A DNA stretch of 64,000 nucleotides from Dehalococcoidia bacterium (GCA_965226745.1 CBDDDS010000005.1:18389-82388), one strand, 5' to 3'. Counted from the stretch's first letter, positions 19,418-29,473 are shown. Numbers and translations: made by a program. Notes: generated by a model not told the origin, from the sequence alone.

Positions 19418-20620
19418 CGCCCCATCCTCCACCAGCCGGTCGAAGCGCTCCTGCGACATCCCCAGCAGTTGTCGCAGCGCGTATTCCGTGTGCTCCCCCA
19501 GAAGCGGCGCCCGCCGATAGTCCGGCCGGGTCTCCGAAAGCGTGAAGCAGTTCCCGTCCATGGCGTAGGCCCCAATCTCAGGGTGAGCAAGAGTTGCGAA
19601 ATGCCCCCGCTCCCTGAGCTGAGGGTCGGCGAAGAGGTCAGCGCAGCTCTGAACGACGCCCGCGGCGACGCCCCCCTCCTGGCACCGGGCCATGACCTCT
19701 TGAGCCTCCAGCCCCGATGTCCACGCCCCCACGGCTTCATCCAGGGCATCCTCGTTGGCCTTTCTGGCCACAAGCCCCGCGAAACGAGGCGCCCGCGCCA
19801 GTTCCGGATGTCCCATGATCCCAGCCAGCGAGGCCCATTGCTCGTCGTTGGCGCAGGCGATAGCGCACCACCGGTCCTCGCCGCTGCAGGGGTATACGCC
19901 GTGCGGGGCCATTGCCGGATCCCGGTTGCCGTCTCTCGTCCCCACCCTGCCGTTGACGGTGTAGTCGAGGATCGCTGGCACCAGAAATTGCAGCGACGCC
20001 TCCAACTGCGACATGTCCAAGTGCTGCCCCATGCCCGTCTCCCTCCTCGTCTCCAGGGCGGACGTTATGGCCGCCACCGCCACGTGGGGAATCACGAAGT
20101 CCGTGTAGGCGCCGTAGGGACTCACCGGCGCCCTGTCGGGCCAGCCGGTGTAATGCGTATGGCCCGAGATGGCGGTCAACACCGGCCCAAACCCCGGCTG
20201 CGCCTCGTAGGGCCCGCCGCGGCCCATCATCGAGGCGCTGAACATCACCACCCCCGGGTTCACCTGAGAAATATCCTCATAGCCGAGCCCCCACCGCTCC
20301 ATTGTCCCCGGCGTGAAGTTCTCAGCCACCACGTCCGCCCACGACGTCGCCAGCTCAAAGGCCACTTCCCTCGCCGCTGGATGGGCCATGTTCAGAGTGA
20401 GGCTGAGCTTCCCGCCGTTGTAGTTGACCCAATACCCGCTGCGATTGACCCCCGGACGGCCCCCGGCGAACGGCAGGCCGCTGCGGATGACGTCGGGCCG
20501 ATGCCGGGACTCGACCCGCACCACGGTCGCCCCGAAATCGCTGAAGTACCGTGTCGTCATCGGGCCCACGGCCACCCAGCAGAAGTCGAGCACGTTCAGC
20601 CCCTCGAATGCCCCTGCCAT
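19409..20620 (-). CDS. CaiB/BaiF family III CoA-transferase
   Basis: LNVLDFCWVAVGPMTTRYFSDFGATVVRVES at the N-terminus and ...RRAPLLGEHTEYALRQLLGMS... at the C-terminus are typical of family III CoA-transferases. Confidence 0.85.
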   Translation of the reverse strand: MAGAFEGLNVLDFCWVAVGPMTTRYFSDFGATVVRVESRHRPDVIRSGLPFAGGRPGVNRSGYWVNYNGGKLSLTLNMAHPAAREVAFELATSWADVVAENFTPGTMERWGLGYEDISQVNPGVVMFSASMMGRGGPYEAQPGFGPVLTAISGHTHYTGWPDRAPVSPYGAYTDFVIPHVAVAAITSALETRRETGMGQHLDMSQLEASLQFLVPAILDYTVNGRVGTRDGNRDPAMAPHGVYPCSGEDRWCAIACANDEQWASLAGIMGHPELARAPRFAGLVARKANEDALDEAVGAWTSGLEAQEVMARCQEGGVAAGVVQSCADLFADPQLRERGHFATLAHPEIGAYAMDGNCFTLSETRPDYRRAPLLGEHTEYALRQLLGMSQERFDRLVEDGALE

Positions 20621-20623
20621 CCC

Positions 20624-22032
20624 CTAGATCACTCCCCGTCCACGCAGCCCGTCGAGGTCGGCGGCCGTCAGTCCCAGCGACCCGTACACCTCCTCGTTGT
20701 GCTCGCCAAGCCTGGGCGCCCTTCTGGCGACGCACATGGCCCCAGCGCTGGACCGCGCCCAGGGCCCTAGCAGGCTGCGGAAGAAAGGTAAGGCGCTCAG
20801 TCGCAGTGTATGGAGCCTCAACTGTCTCGGCGGCATTCGGCATGTGATAGGCCAATTCGAATAATTCGTTCAGAACACGCGATAGGACGGCGTTTATCGT
20901 CGGACAGTTTTTGGCCCTGGGTAGACAGCAGAGTTTTTCCGCAGCCTGCTAGAGTTGTCATCGGCGCGCCGTCGGGGCCATCTACTTGGCGAAAGAAGCC
21001 GCGGGCCGCAAGCTGTGGATACTCCAGCACGTCAGCCGGGTCGTTGACCGGAAACAGCAGGATGCGCCGCTCCAGGGCCTCCGCCGACAGATAGCGTTTG
21101 CTCTTCGAGCGAAAGAAGAGGCCCAGGGCCTTGTCCATCGCCTCCATGAGCGCGTCGGGCGCCTGTCCGAACCCGAACTCCCCGAAGTCCGCCTCCCTCA
21201 GCGCAGGCTCCCCGAATCCCTCCTCCTCCATCCAGCGGCACAACGCCGCCATCGTCCGGCCTCCGGTCTTCCCGCCCGGCTGCAGAAAGTTCACGTAGCC
21301 GTCGGCGCACTCCCAATTGACCCGCATCTTCTTGCCCCCACCGACCTGACGGAACGGCCCGCTGCGCTCTAGCACGGTCCCCTCCATGTACCAGAACTGG
21401 GGCGCGTGAGCCAGCGTCCGGGCCATCGCCTGCTGGCACGACACGTCTGCATGTTGGCCCCGCCCCGTCTGCACACGCTGTTGGAAGGCAACCATCGCCG
21501 CCGCCGCTCCCGCGGCACCCCCCAGCAGCCAGAACTGGGGAATGCTGACCCTCAGTGGTGGCCTGTCCGCATCGCCGGTCAGGCGCATGAACCCGCCCAT
21601 AGCCGCGCCCGTCAGGTCCGTGGCGGCCAGGCCGCTGTGGGGGCCATCCTGCCCAAAGGGCGTAATGGACACGTAGATCAGGCGGGGGTTCGCCCGGTGC
21701 AACTCCTCATATCCAAGCCCAAGGCCGGCGAGGTAGCCGGGCCGGAACGACTCGATGAAAAAGTCGGCGGCGCCCACGGCCTTCAGGAGCAGCTCCCGCC
21801 CAGCTTCCTGCTCGATATCGAGGGTCACGCCCCGTTTGTTGCAGGCGTAGGCCTGCCAGAACAGGCTGTTCTCCGGCCCCGGGTCGTCTTGGAAGAAAGG
21901 GCCTTGGCGTCTGGCGGGGTCGCCCCAGGGAGGCTCGACCTTGATCACATCGGCGCCAAGGTCTCCCAAGACGCGGCCGCAGAAGATCCCGCGGTCGTCG
22001 GCCATGTCAATAACGCGGTAGCGCGAGAGCAC
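20624..22032 (-). pseudogene. CaiB/BaiF family III CoA-transferase interrupted by a MITE-like insertion
   Basis: The 404-aa ORF (20818-22032) reads into lower-GC DNA and stops. The conserved C-terminus LGPWARSSAGAMCVARRAPRLGEHNEEVYGSLGLTAADLDGLRGRGVI lies in another frame (20624-20836). Deleting 20768-20949 joins the two parts in frame. Confidence 0.75.
20767..20952. mobile_element. MITE-like non-autonomous element with its duplicated CTAG target
   Basis: CTAGCAGGCTGCGGAA at 20767-20782 is the exact reverse complement of TTCCGCAGCCTGCTAG at 20937-20952. The interior is visibly AT-richer and has no transposase ORF. CTAG is present at both ends. Confidence 0.7.
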
Positions 22033-22035
22033 GCG

Positions 22036-24042
22036 TCACCCTTGAGGACGCCGAGTCTTGTTGGGCAATCCCAAGGCGGCTTGCCGTCTGGGACCTAGAA
22101 CCGCGCCCCATAGGACGGCGCCGATGAACAAAACGCAACCGGTGAAGGCGAAGATTAACGCCTGGGTCTTGACCCCCGAGAAGAACGCCCGCACGGCGGT
22201 CTTGCCCACATCGAAGGCCTTATCCGTCAGAACCACCTCCACGCCTTCGGGGTCTTGACCCTCTTTGATCTGTTCCAGGCCCCGGTCCAACCCCGGCTCA
22301 GCAAAGGAGCCGTAGAGGGGGCCGGTAGCTAGGAAGAGCAAAAGTCCAGCGAAGGCCAGGGGTAGGGCCGCCCACGCCAGCCGGGTCCACCATCGCCGTC
22401 CGCCCAGAAACCCAACACCCGCCAGCAATATGCCCCAAACTACGTATACAACGAACTTGAAGTTGTCGAATGTGTTCAACGCCGACCGCGCCGCATCGAG
22501 GCTGTCCAGCGCTTGGGGGTCTTCCCTCGCTAGATCTTCTCGAAGGTCGGACGACGAATAGGAGATGCCGTCGCGAAGGACTTCCCGAAAATCCTGAAGC
22601 TGGCGGAACTCATCCCCGCTCAGTTCCCTGCGGAGGAAGTTCTCATCAATGACAACCCCTCCGGCGACGGTCTCCCAGAACGAGTCGAAGGCTTCCGCCG
22701 TTTCTGGGGTAAAGAACGCTTTGAGGTCTGCGTCCGTAAAAGTATAGACATCCGGGAGATCTTGGCCAATGGAGTCCCGTATCAGGTCCTCCAGGTCGGT
22801 GTTGAACGCCTCAGCGACGGCGCTCACCGCTACGCCATCCCGCAGTATCGCGAGGCTGAAACCGGCGGCGCTCTCCAAACGTTCCCAGGTCCATCCGGCG
22901 TCTAGCGGCATCCCTAGGGCGACCGTCACTTCCTCGAGGCCGAACGCCGGTATTTGACAGGAGGGCAACGTCCCCTGCTGAATGCTCGCTGCAATGTCCA
23001 CCGCCTGGGTAACGGAGCACGCTGGATACGCGGCGAAGACTTCCGCCAGTTTCCGGTCCGCCAAGTCGGTCAACTCCTGGAGAGCGATCTCGGTGCGCTT
23101 GGCCAGAGGCGCCGTGATGGCAAAGGCATCCACGTCCCCGGCCGCGTAGGCCACGAATTCGCCCAGCGACGCTTCTACGTGTTCCTGGATCCACTCCGGG
23201 GGCACAGCCAGCCTGACCGCGTCGATGACTTCCTGCGACTCGATGGCAACGCCAATGGGCAAGAGCGTCACCCGGTCGAGGTTCTCCTCCACGGCCTCGC
23301 GGGCCACCTCATTCGCCATGCTGTCATAGGCCTCTACCCGCTCCAGGAGTCCCTTCATCGCCGGCTCGGCGCCGCGCAGCCTGTCCGCCAAGGGAATCGT
23401 GATGCTGAGGTCATCGGACTCGTAGGTCAGGTAAGCCAACACCTCGTCCACTGCGCCCTCCAGTTGACCCTCGAGCCAATCCGGAGGCGCAATTTGTTGG
23501 GCGGTCCAGGCCAAGTCCTCGCCCTGGAGCGTGACGCCCAGTGGAAGTTGGCCGAACTCCTCAAGCGCTTGGTCAGCCTTGTCTTCAAACGCTTGACTGG
23601 CCGTGATTTCGTAGACGCCGGAGCTCCGCGCCAGGACTTTGATGGCGTCGGTGGAGCCCAAGAGCCGTTCCTTGACAGGTATGGCGAATGCAAAGTCGTC
23701 CGTACGGCCGCCGACGTAAGGCAATACCTCGCTGACGGCGAGCTCCACGTTGGCTTGGAGCCACTCGGGAGGCAGGATATCCCTGGCGCTCGCGATCATG
23801 GCCTCGGCGTCCAGACGGATCCCGAAGGGTAGGTCTTCCAATTCCTGGATTTGCTCTTCAGCCGCGAGCACGGCCACGTCGTCGTAGAGGAAGGTGAAGA
23901 AGTCCGCCTGACGAAGCTGGTCGTTGATGAAGTCAGGCGACAGAAGCGTTGCGTTGACTCGCAGGAGCAACATCGAGCCTACGAACAGGCCAATGAAAAC
24001 GATAGAAAGCCCAACGGCAAAGCCGTGTCTCGCCCTGAGCAT
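22036..24042 (-). CDS. hypothetical membrane protein with three internal repeats of about 95 aa
   Basis: There is an N-terminal TM segment and C-terminal TM segments. The repeated module is LP(F/L/I)G..L......(I/L)..PP(E/D)W(L/I)...(V/L)E..(V/L).E(V/F)(L/V).Y......D.(F/L).(F/I)(A/T)(I/A)P(V/L)..R. It lies 3 nt upstream of the CoA-transferase gene. No family recognised. Confidence 0.65.
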   Translation of the reverse strand: MLRARHGFAVGLSIVFIGLFVGSMLLLRVNATLLSPDFINDQLRQADFFTFLYDDVAVLAAEEQIQELEDLPFGIRLDAEAMIASARDILPPEWLQANVELAVSEVLPYVGGRTDDFAFAIPVKERLLGSTDAIKVLARSSGVYEITASQAFEDKADQALEEFGQLPLGVTLQGEDLAWTAQQIAPPDWLEGQLEGAVDEVLAYLTYESDDLSITIPLADRLRGAEPAMKGLLERVEAYDSMANEVAREAVEENLDRVTLLPIGVAIESQEVIDAVRLAVPPEWIQEHVEASLGEFVAYAAGDVDAFAITAPLAKRTEIALQELTDLADRKLAEVFAAYPACSVTQAVDIAASIQQGTLPSCQIPAFGLEEVTVALGMPLDAGWTWERLESAAGFSLAILRDGVAVSAVAEAFNTDLEDLIRDSIGQDLPDVYTFTDADLKAFFTPETAEAFDSFWETVAGGVVIDENFLRRELSGDEFRQLQDFREVLRDGISYSSSDLREDLAREDPQALDSLDAARSALNTFDNFKFVVYVVWGILLAGVGFLGGRRWWTRLAWAALPLAFAGLLLFLATGPLYGSFAEPGLDRGLEQIKEGQDPEGVEVVLTDKAFDVGKTAVRAFFSGVKTQALIFAFTGCVLFIGAVLWGAVLGPRRQAALGLPNKTRRPQG

Positions 24043-24298
24043 TGCATGTTACCGGGAAGGAGGGAGCATCGTCTCTTGCGGCGCGCTTGCCAAGCCACGA
24101 CTGGAAGCGTCGGCCTACGTTAGCCCGCAAGTGGCGCCATGTCAACGCGGGCCGCCCTGCTCCGGAATCCCACTCGCCAGCCGTGGGCCAAGCCCCCCCC
24201 CCGACCCCGTCCATCGTTGACACCCACCGCCGAAATGGTGTGAAATGCGAACCGCCAGCGGGCCTGTCTATGCGCTTCACCGGGCGGAGGGTTCAGCC

Positions 24299-25372
24299 AT
24301 GCCAACACCGAAGGTCTTCGTGTTTGCCCCGGCAGACAACAGCGGCGAGTCCCATCGCATGCTGGAGGCCGCCGGATGTCAGCTCGCGTTCGGCAAGAAC
24401 GCCTGGCTCACCCCCCAGGGCAGCAACGAAGAGGAAATGCTCGAGATGGCCCAAGGGGCCGACGCCCTCATCGGCACGTCCATTCGCAGCACCCCGATAA
24501 CCCGCAGCATCATGGAGGCGTCGGAAACGCTGCGCATCGTCGCCAAGTACACCATTGGGGTTGACGACGTGGACCTTGACGCCGCAACCGAGTTGGGCAT
24601 CCTCGTTACCCACGCCCCAACGGAAGCCAACTGGGGGGGCGTCGCCGAGGGCGCCGTGGGCATGATGCTCAACCTCCTGAAGAAATTCCCGCAGCGGGAC
24701 AAGTCCGTCAAGAGCGGCGGTTGGCGCCGCGACGACCTGATGGGAACCTACGTCGGCGCCCGCGCCGACGGCTACGGCGGCATCACCATCGGTATCGTCG
24801 GGCTGGGCCGCGTCGGCAGCCGATTCGCCCATCTGCTATCCCCCTGGAAGGCGCGCCTTATTGCCTGTGACCCCTACCTCCCCGACGAGCGCTTCGCCGA
24901 GCTTGGCGTGGAACGCGTCGATTATGACGCCGTCCTGCGCCAATCCGACGTCCTGTCGTTCCACGTTACGTTGACGCCCGAGACCCACCATATGCTCGGC
25001 CTCGCCGAGATTCGGAAGATGAAGCCCTCCGCCGTCCTCATCAACACCTCCCGCGGCGCCGTCGTCGACGAGGCGGCCCTCATCCAATCCCTCGACGAGG
25101 GCGTCATCGCCGCCGCCGCCCTGGACGTCATGGAAGAGGAGCCGCCGCATCCCGGCAACCCGCTCCTCAAAATGGGCGACAATGTCCTCTTATCGCCGCA
25201 TATGGTCTCCGCCAATCAGGACTCCTCCAGCGGCCACCTCGGCCCAGGCATCAGATGGGCCACCGACGCCGTCCTCAGCGCCCTCCGCGGCCGCGTCCAC
25301 GACAACGTCTTCAACCAAGAAGTCATTCCCCGCTGGCTGGAGCGGTTCGGGAAAAGGGACCTGCTGGGCTAG
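24299..25372 (+). CDS. D-isomer-specific 2-hydroxyacid dehydrogenase family protein
   Basis: Start moved to the ATG at 24299 after GGAGGG. NAD-binding motif GIVGLGRVGSRFA, plus NTSRGAVVDEAAL and ...LSPHM.... Confidence 0.85.
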   Translation: MPTPKVFVFAPADNSGESHRMLEAAGCQLAFGKNAWLTPQGSNEEEMLEMAQGADALIGTSIRSTPITRSIMEASETLRIVAKYTIGVDDVDLDAATELGILVTHAPTEANWGGVAEGAVGMMLNLLKKFPQRDKSVKSGGWRRDDLMGTYVGARADGYGGITIGIVGLGRVGSRFAHLLSPWKARLIACDPYLPDERFAELGVERVDYDAVLRQSDVLSFHVTLTPETHHMLGLAEIRKMKPSAVLINTSRGAVVDEAALIQSLDEGVIAAAALDVMEEEPPHPGNPLLKMGDNVLLSPHMVSANQDSSSGHLGPGIRWATDAVLSALRGRVHDNVFNQEVIPRWLERFGKRDLLG

Positions 25373-26169
25373 GGCGCTGCCGAGGATGGCGAGGCTTCGC
25401 CATTGGCCACTTCTCCGTCAGGAAACGCATATCTCAGTGTTCTGAGGTGATTCTTCAGGCGCTTGGCCATTGGCCGCATCGTTGCCGCTGTTACGCTGGC
25501 TGAGAAGACGCCCCCTATGACCGGGACCACCTTGGCCACTCCTCCAGCAAATCCCCGTTTCGTAACAGAGACCCCGATCCACTTGCCTACCTGCTTCACG
25601 ATGGGATAATACCAAGTCTTCGTGAGCGCCTGCCGCGGGAGACGCCGGACAGTCTGTTCAGCGAACCGCTTAGCCAATTCTGCCAATGTCCCCTTAGCCA
25701 TCGCGGCACCCAACATTGCCCCGATAAGCAACGTTAGCTGAAGCTCTGTTTGCTCATCGACCTCGCCTTCTTCAAGCAGGTCGGGCCAACCGTACAGGTA
25801 TGCCAGCTTCTGGGCCATAACCAGTGCGTGCCAGTAGAACTGCGCCATATCGGCAGGGATTGTCCCTGCCATGGCAAATCCGCCCGGCACGCCAGCGGCA
25901 AACGACGCCCCGGATGCCAAGAGCACGTGCCGCCTAATGCAGTCATCCGCCAACTTGTCGATAAGGTCAGGCGATATGCCCGCCGAGGCAGGCCTGCTCA
26001 GAATCGCTTGCAGGACCTGCTGGTTATTGCAATGGCTCTTGAGTTGGGATGCGAGATATGAGGCTCGGTCCAACTTGGCGCCGGGGAGAGCCATGGACGC
26101 CATCAGTATTCTCTCCCACACTTTCTCGCCTCTGGATCTTGCCGGTAGGTGCTCGGATGTCATGTTCAC
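25369..26169 (-). CDS. EcsC-family protein
   Basis: ...ASGASFAAGVPGGFAMAGTIPADMAQFYWHALVMAQKLAYLYGWPDL... matches the EcsC pattern. The GC content is lower than that of the neighbours. Confidence 0.6.
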   Translation of the reverse strand: MNMTSEHLPARSRGEKVWERILMASMALPGAKLDRASYLASQLKSHCNNQQVLQAILSRPASAGISPDLIDKLADDCIRRHVLLASGASFAAGVPGGFAMAGTIPADMAQFYWHALVMAQKLAYLYGWPDLLEEGEVDEQTELQLTLLIGAMLGAAMAKGTLAELAKRFAEQTVRRLPRQALTKTWYYPIVKQVGKWIGVSVTKRGFAGGVAKVVPVIGGVFSASVTAATMRPMAKRLKNHLRTLRYAFPDGEVANGEASPSSAAP

Positions 26170-26220
26170 GGTCTCCTTGGATGTGCTTGCGGGAGTATAC
26201 TCGCGAGGAAGGGGATCTCA

Positions 26221-26262
26221 CCCTTCCCCCGCAGCCAGGGGCAGGTTAGGTTAGGATGGGGG
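26221..26262. repeat. REP-like intergenic repeat, variant copy
   Basis: CCCTTCCCCCGCAGCCAGGGGCAGGTTAGGTTAGGATGGGGG shares the CCTTCCCCC / GGGGCAGG / GGTTAGGATGGGGG blocks with the other copies. Confidence 0.5.
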
Positions 26263-27262
26263 CCGCGCAACAACTGGGCGCGCCAATGATCTATGCCACC
26301 CAAGGCGAGTACGCGCCTATGCCAACAATCCAATTCGGCGTTCAATACAATGGCATCGCCATGGCCGGCCTGGAGAACCCTCTGGACTTCGCCGAAAGGA
26401 TGGAAGGCCTGGGTTACCGCTCCTTCTTCGTCCCGGATATCGAAACCCTGCCGGTGCTCGACCCCCTGGTCCTGCTGGCGGCCGTGGCCCAGCGCACCCG
26501 CCGGATGCGGCTGGGCACTGGCGTCCTCGTCCTTCCCTTCCGCAGCCCATATCAGTTGGCCAAGGCCGTCGCCTCCCTCGATGTCCTTTCCCAGGGGCGC
26601 GTTGTGCTTGGCGTGGGGTCGGGCGGCATGTTTCCCAAGGACATGGAGGTGGAGGGCGTTCGGATGGAAGACCGCCGGTCATTGACCGACGAGCGCCTAG
26701 AGCTCGTCCGGCGGCTGCTTTCCGAAACGAGCGTCACGCATTACGAGCGTTCCACCACATGGACGACGCGACGTTGCAGCCGCGCCCTGCGCAGCAGCCC
26801 AACCCGCCGATCTGGACGGGCGCAATGTGGAACAATGGCTTCGCCAGGCACCCTCTTGAGCGGACGGCGCGTTGGGCCGACGGGTTTCACCCCAACGGTA
26901 TGCCTGCGCAGGCCTACGCAGAGGCCAAGGACATCATCAGCGAGTCGGCAGCCTCCCTCGGCCGGGACCCCGCTGCCCTGGAATGGTCCTGCAACATCTA
27001 CCTCTGCATGGGGCCAACGAAACAGGCGGCATTCCAGGAGGCCGAGAGGGCCATGGTCCAACGATACGGCGGCGACGCCTGGGACATTGACCCCGCGACC
27101 CTCATCCTAGGACCCGTCAGCGAGTGCGTGGAGACCATCGAGGAGTTCGCCGCCGCCGGCGTCACCCACTTCACCATCAACCCTCTCTGCGAACAGCCCA
27201 CCCTGGTGGCGAACTTCGAACAGTTTGCCGCCGAGGTCATCCCACACTTCGAACGCCGTTAA
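26256..27262 (+). pseudogene. LLM-class flavin-dependent oxidoreductase with a -1 frame break (or an assembly error)
   Basis: The N-terminal part (...FFVPDIETLPVLDPLVLLAAVAQRTRRMRLGTGVLVLPFRSPYQLAKAVASLDVLSQGR...) is in frame 0. The C-terminal part (MDDATLQPRPAQQPNPPIWTGA...THFTINP...) is in frame 2. The switch lies at about 26745-26752 (..THYER|FHHMDDA..), which is consistent with one missing nucleotide. Confidence 0.7.
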
Positions 27263-27271
27263 CGAGGCACT

Positions 27272-28276
27272 ATGAGATTTGGGGTCTTCGATCACCTGGA
27301 CCGGAATGGCCTGCCGCTCCACGACTACTACGAGACGCGTCTCAGGCTCATTGAGGCGTACGACCGCCTCGGCTTCCACGCCTACCACGTCGCCGAGCAC
27401 CACTCGACCCCCATCGGCATGGCCCCCTCCCCAAGCGTCTTCCTCTCGGCCATTGCCCAGCGCACCAAGCGGCTCCGCTTCGGCCCAATGGTCTATCCCT
27501 TGCCCCTCTACAACCCGCTGCGCCTCCTAGAGGAAATCTGCATGCTGGACCAATTGAGCGGCGGGCGCTTGGATCCCGGCCTTGGGCGCGGCTCGTCCCC
27601 GGTGGAAATGGCCTTCTACGGCGAGGAGCCCGGCAGGGCGCAGAGCCTGTTTGCAGAGGCTCTCGAAGTCTTGCTCATGGGACTGACGAAGCAGACGCTC
27701 GACTTCCACGGCGAACACTACGCCTTCGACAAGGTCCCCATGGAGCTCCAGCCATTCCAGAAGCCCCATCCCCCTCTCTGGTACGGCGTTCACTCCCCGG
27801 AGAGCGCCGAGCGGGTGGCGCGCCAGGGATTCAATTGCATCAGCCTCGACGCCCCCGCCGACGCCGCCCTGTGCTACGACCGCTATCGCGATGTCTGGCG
27901 CCAGGAGCGCGGAGCAGAGGCCGAGCTGCCGCTGCTGGGCATTGGCCGCTTCATCGTCGTCGCCGAAACCGACGCCGCTGCGATGGACCTGGCGCGACGG
28001 GCCTACCTCAAATGGCATGACAGCTTTACCCTGTTGTCCCGCACCTACAACAGGCCGGCAACACACCCTCGCCCCCAAGACTTCGACACCGTCTGCGAGG
28101 TCGGCCAGGGCATCGCCGGCTCGCCCGCGACCGTAGCCGCCGCGCTGCGCGTCCAGGTTGACCAGACAGGCGCCAACTACATCGTTGGCCAGTTTGCCTT
28201 CGGCGACCTCGCCTTCAACGACATCCTCGCATCCGTCGAACTGTTCGCCAACAGCGTGGCGCCAACCTTCCCATAG
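27272..28276 (+). CDS. LLM-class flavin-dependent oxidoreductase (luciferase-like monooxygenase)
   Basis: MRFGVFDHLD...AYHVAEHHSTPIGMAPSPSVFLSAIAQRTKRLRFGPMVYPLPLYNPLRLLEEICMLDQLSGGRL is typical of the LLM fold. Confidence 0.85.
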   Translation: MRFGVFDHLDRNGLPLHDYYETRLRLIEAYDRLGFHAYHVAEHHSTPIGMAPSPSVFLSAIAQRTKRLRFGPMVYPLPLYNPLRLLEEICMLDQLSGGRLDPGLGRGSSPVEMAFYGEEPGRAQSLFAEALEVLLMGLTKQTLDFHGEHYAFDKVPMELQPFQKPHPPLWYGVHSPESAERVARQGFNCISLDAPADAALCYDRYRDVWRQERGAEAELPLLGIGRFIVVAETDAAAMDLARRAYLKWHDSFTLLSRTYNRPATHPRPQDFDTVCEVGQGIAGSPATVAAALRVQVDQTGANYIVGQFAFGDLAFNDILASVELFANSVAPTFP

Positions 28277-28399
28277 CCGCGAGATGCCTGCTCCCCTCCC
28301 GCCGCTGCCCACCTGGGCCATTGACGGGATTGGACGGCGGGGCTACATTTCCCCCAACACGCTCTATCGACTCCGTTCTTGGCCAAGGAGGCTGTCATC

Positions 28400-29473
28400 A
28401 TGCCCACAATCGACGCCGATGCCCACGTCATCGAAACAGAGGAAACCTGGAGCTACGTTCTCCCGGAGGACAGCCGGTACACCCCCATTGCCGTCGACCA
28501 GCGCAATGGCCCGTTCTCCTTCTGGCGCATCGAGGACAGGACGTACCAGCTTCAGAACATCGGGCCCAACACCACCAAGGAAGCCCGTGAGATGACCGAC
28601 ATCGACGGCCGTCTCGCCCACATGGACGAGCTCGACGTCAACGTTCAGATCCTCTACCCCACCCTTCTCCTCCGCGCCCTCACCGACCGGGCGGCCGTTG
28701 AGCTCGCCATCACCCGGGGCTACAACCGCTGGCTCGCCAACATCTACGAGCGCGGCAAGGGCCGCCTGCGCTGGGCCGCCGTCCTCCCCTACATGACCCT
28801 CGACGCCGCCATTGAGGAGTTGAAGTTCGCCAAGGACCACGGCGCCTGCGCCTTCATGATGCACGGCACCGAGAACTTCCGCCTTCCCACCGACTCCTAC
28901 TTCTTCCCCCTCTATGAGGAAGCCGAAAAGATGGATATGCCGGTGTGCATCCACGCCGGCACGGGCAGTCTCCAGGTCTACGACTACTTCGCCACCGACG
29001 TGTTCACGCGTTTCAGGCTCTCCGCCATCGGTGTTTGCGGGAACCTCATCTACTCGGGCATCCCCAAGAACTTTCCCAACCTCCGCTGGGGCTTCATCGA
29101 GTTCACATCGGCCTGGCTGCCCTTCATCCTCGGCGACCTCGTCATCCGCGCTGAAGCCGAGGTGGCCCTTCAGAAGCAGGTCCCGGACCACCCCATCTTC
29201 TCCCAGGTCGGCATTGCCCCCAAGGGTATGGGAAGCACCCAGACCATGCTCGGCGACAACAACATCTACGTGGCCTGCCAGACCTCGGACGACTTCCCTT
29301 ACGTCCTCGCCTGCACCGGCGACGACAACCTCGTCATAGGCACCGACTACGGCCACGCCGACTACTCCAACGACATCGAGGCCATGCACAAGATGGCGTC
29401 CGGCGGCCTCATCAGCGAGGAGACCGCCCGCAAGATTACCTTCGACAACCCCGCCAAGCTCTACGGCCTGTAG
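28400..29473 (+). CDS. amidohydrolase-2 family metal-dependent hydrolase
   Basis: Start moved to the ATG at 28400 after AAGGAGG. N-terminal IDADAHVIE and C-terminal GTDYGHAD are typical of the PF04909-type TIM-barrel hydrolases/decarboxylases. Confidence 0.85.
   Translation: MPTIDADAHVIETEETWSYVLPEDSRYTPIAVDQRNGPFSFWRIEDRTYQLQNIGPNTTKEAREMTDIDGRLAHMDELDVNVQILYPTLLLRALTDRAAVELAITRGYNRWLANIYERGKGRLRWAAVLPYMTLDAAIEELKFAKDHGACAFMMHGTENFRLPTDSYFFPLYEEAEKMDMPVCIHAGTGSLQVYDYFATDVFTRFRLSAIGVCGNLIYSGIPKNFPNLRWGFIEFTSAWLPFILGDLVIRAEAEVALQKQVPDHPIFSQVGIAPKGMGSTQTMLGDNNIYVACQTSDDFPYVLACTGDDNLVIGTDYGHADYSNDIEAMHKMASGGLISEETARKITFDNPAKLYGL

Noticed and set aside
20624-20836. A 70-aa ORF as an independent small gene.
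   Set aside because: It is the displaced, conserved C-terminus (RRAPRLGEHNEEV...) of the MITE-interrupted CoA-transferase gene. Its N-terminal residues are read from within the element.
24193-24202. A C10 homopolymer in the divergent promoter region, and the G6-C-G9 tract at 49589-49604, as phase-variation switches.
   Set aside because: Both are intergenic, and nothing in a single sequence shows length variation. Homopolymers of G or C are not surprising in GC-rich DNA. They would be worth checking only with read-level data.
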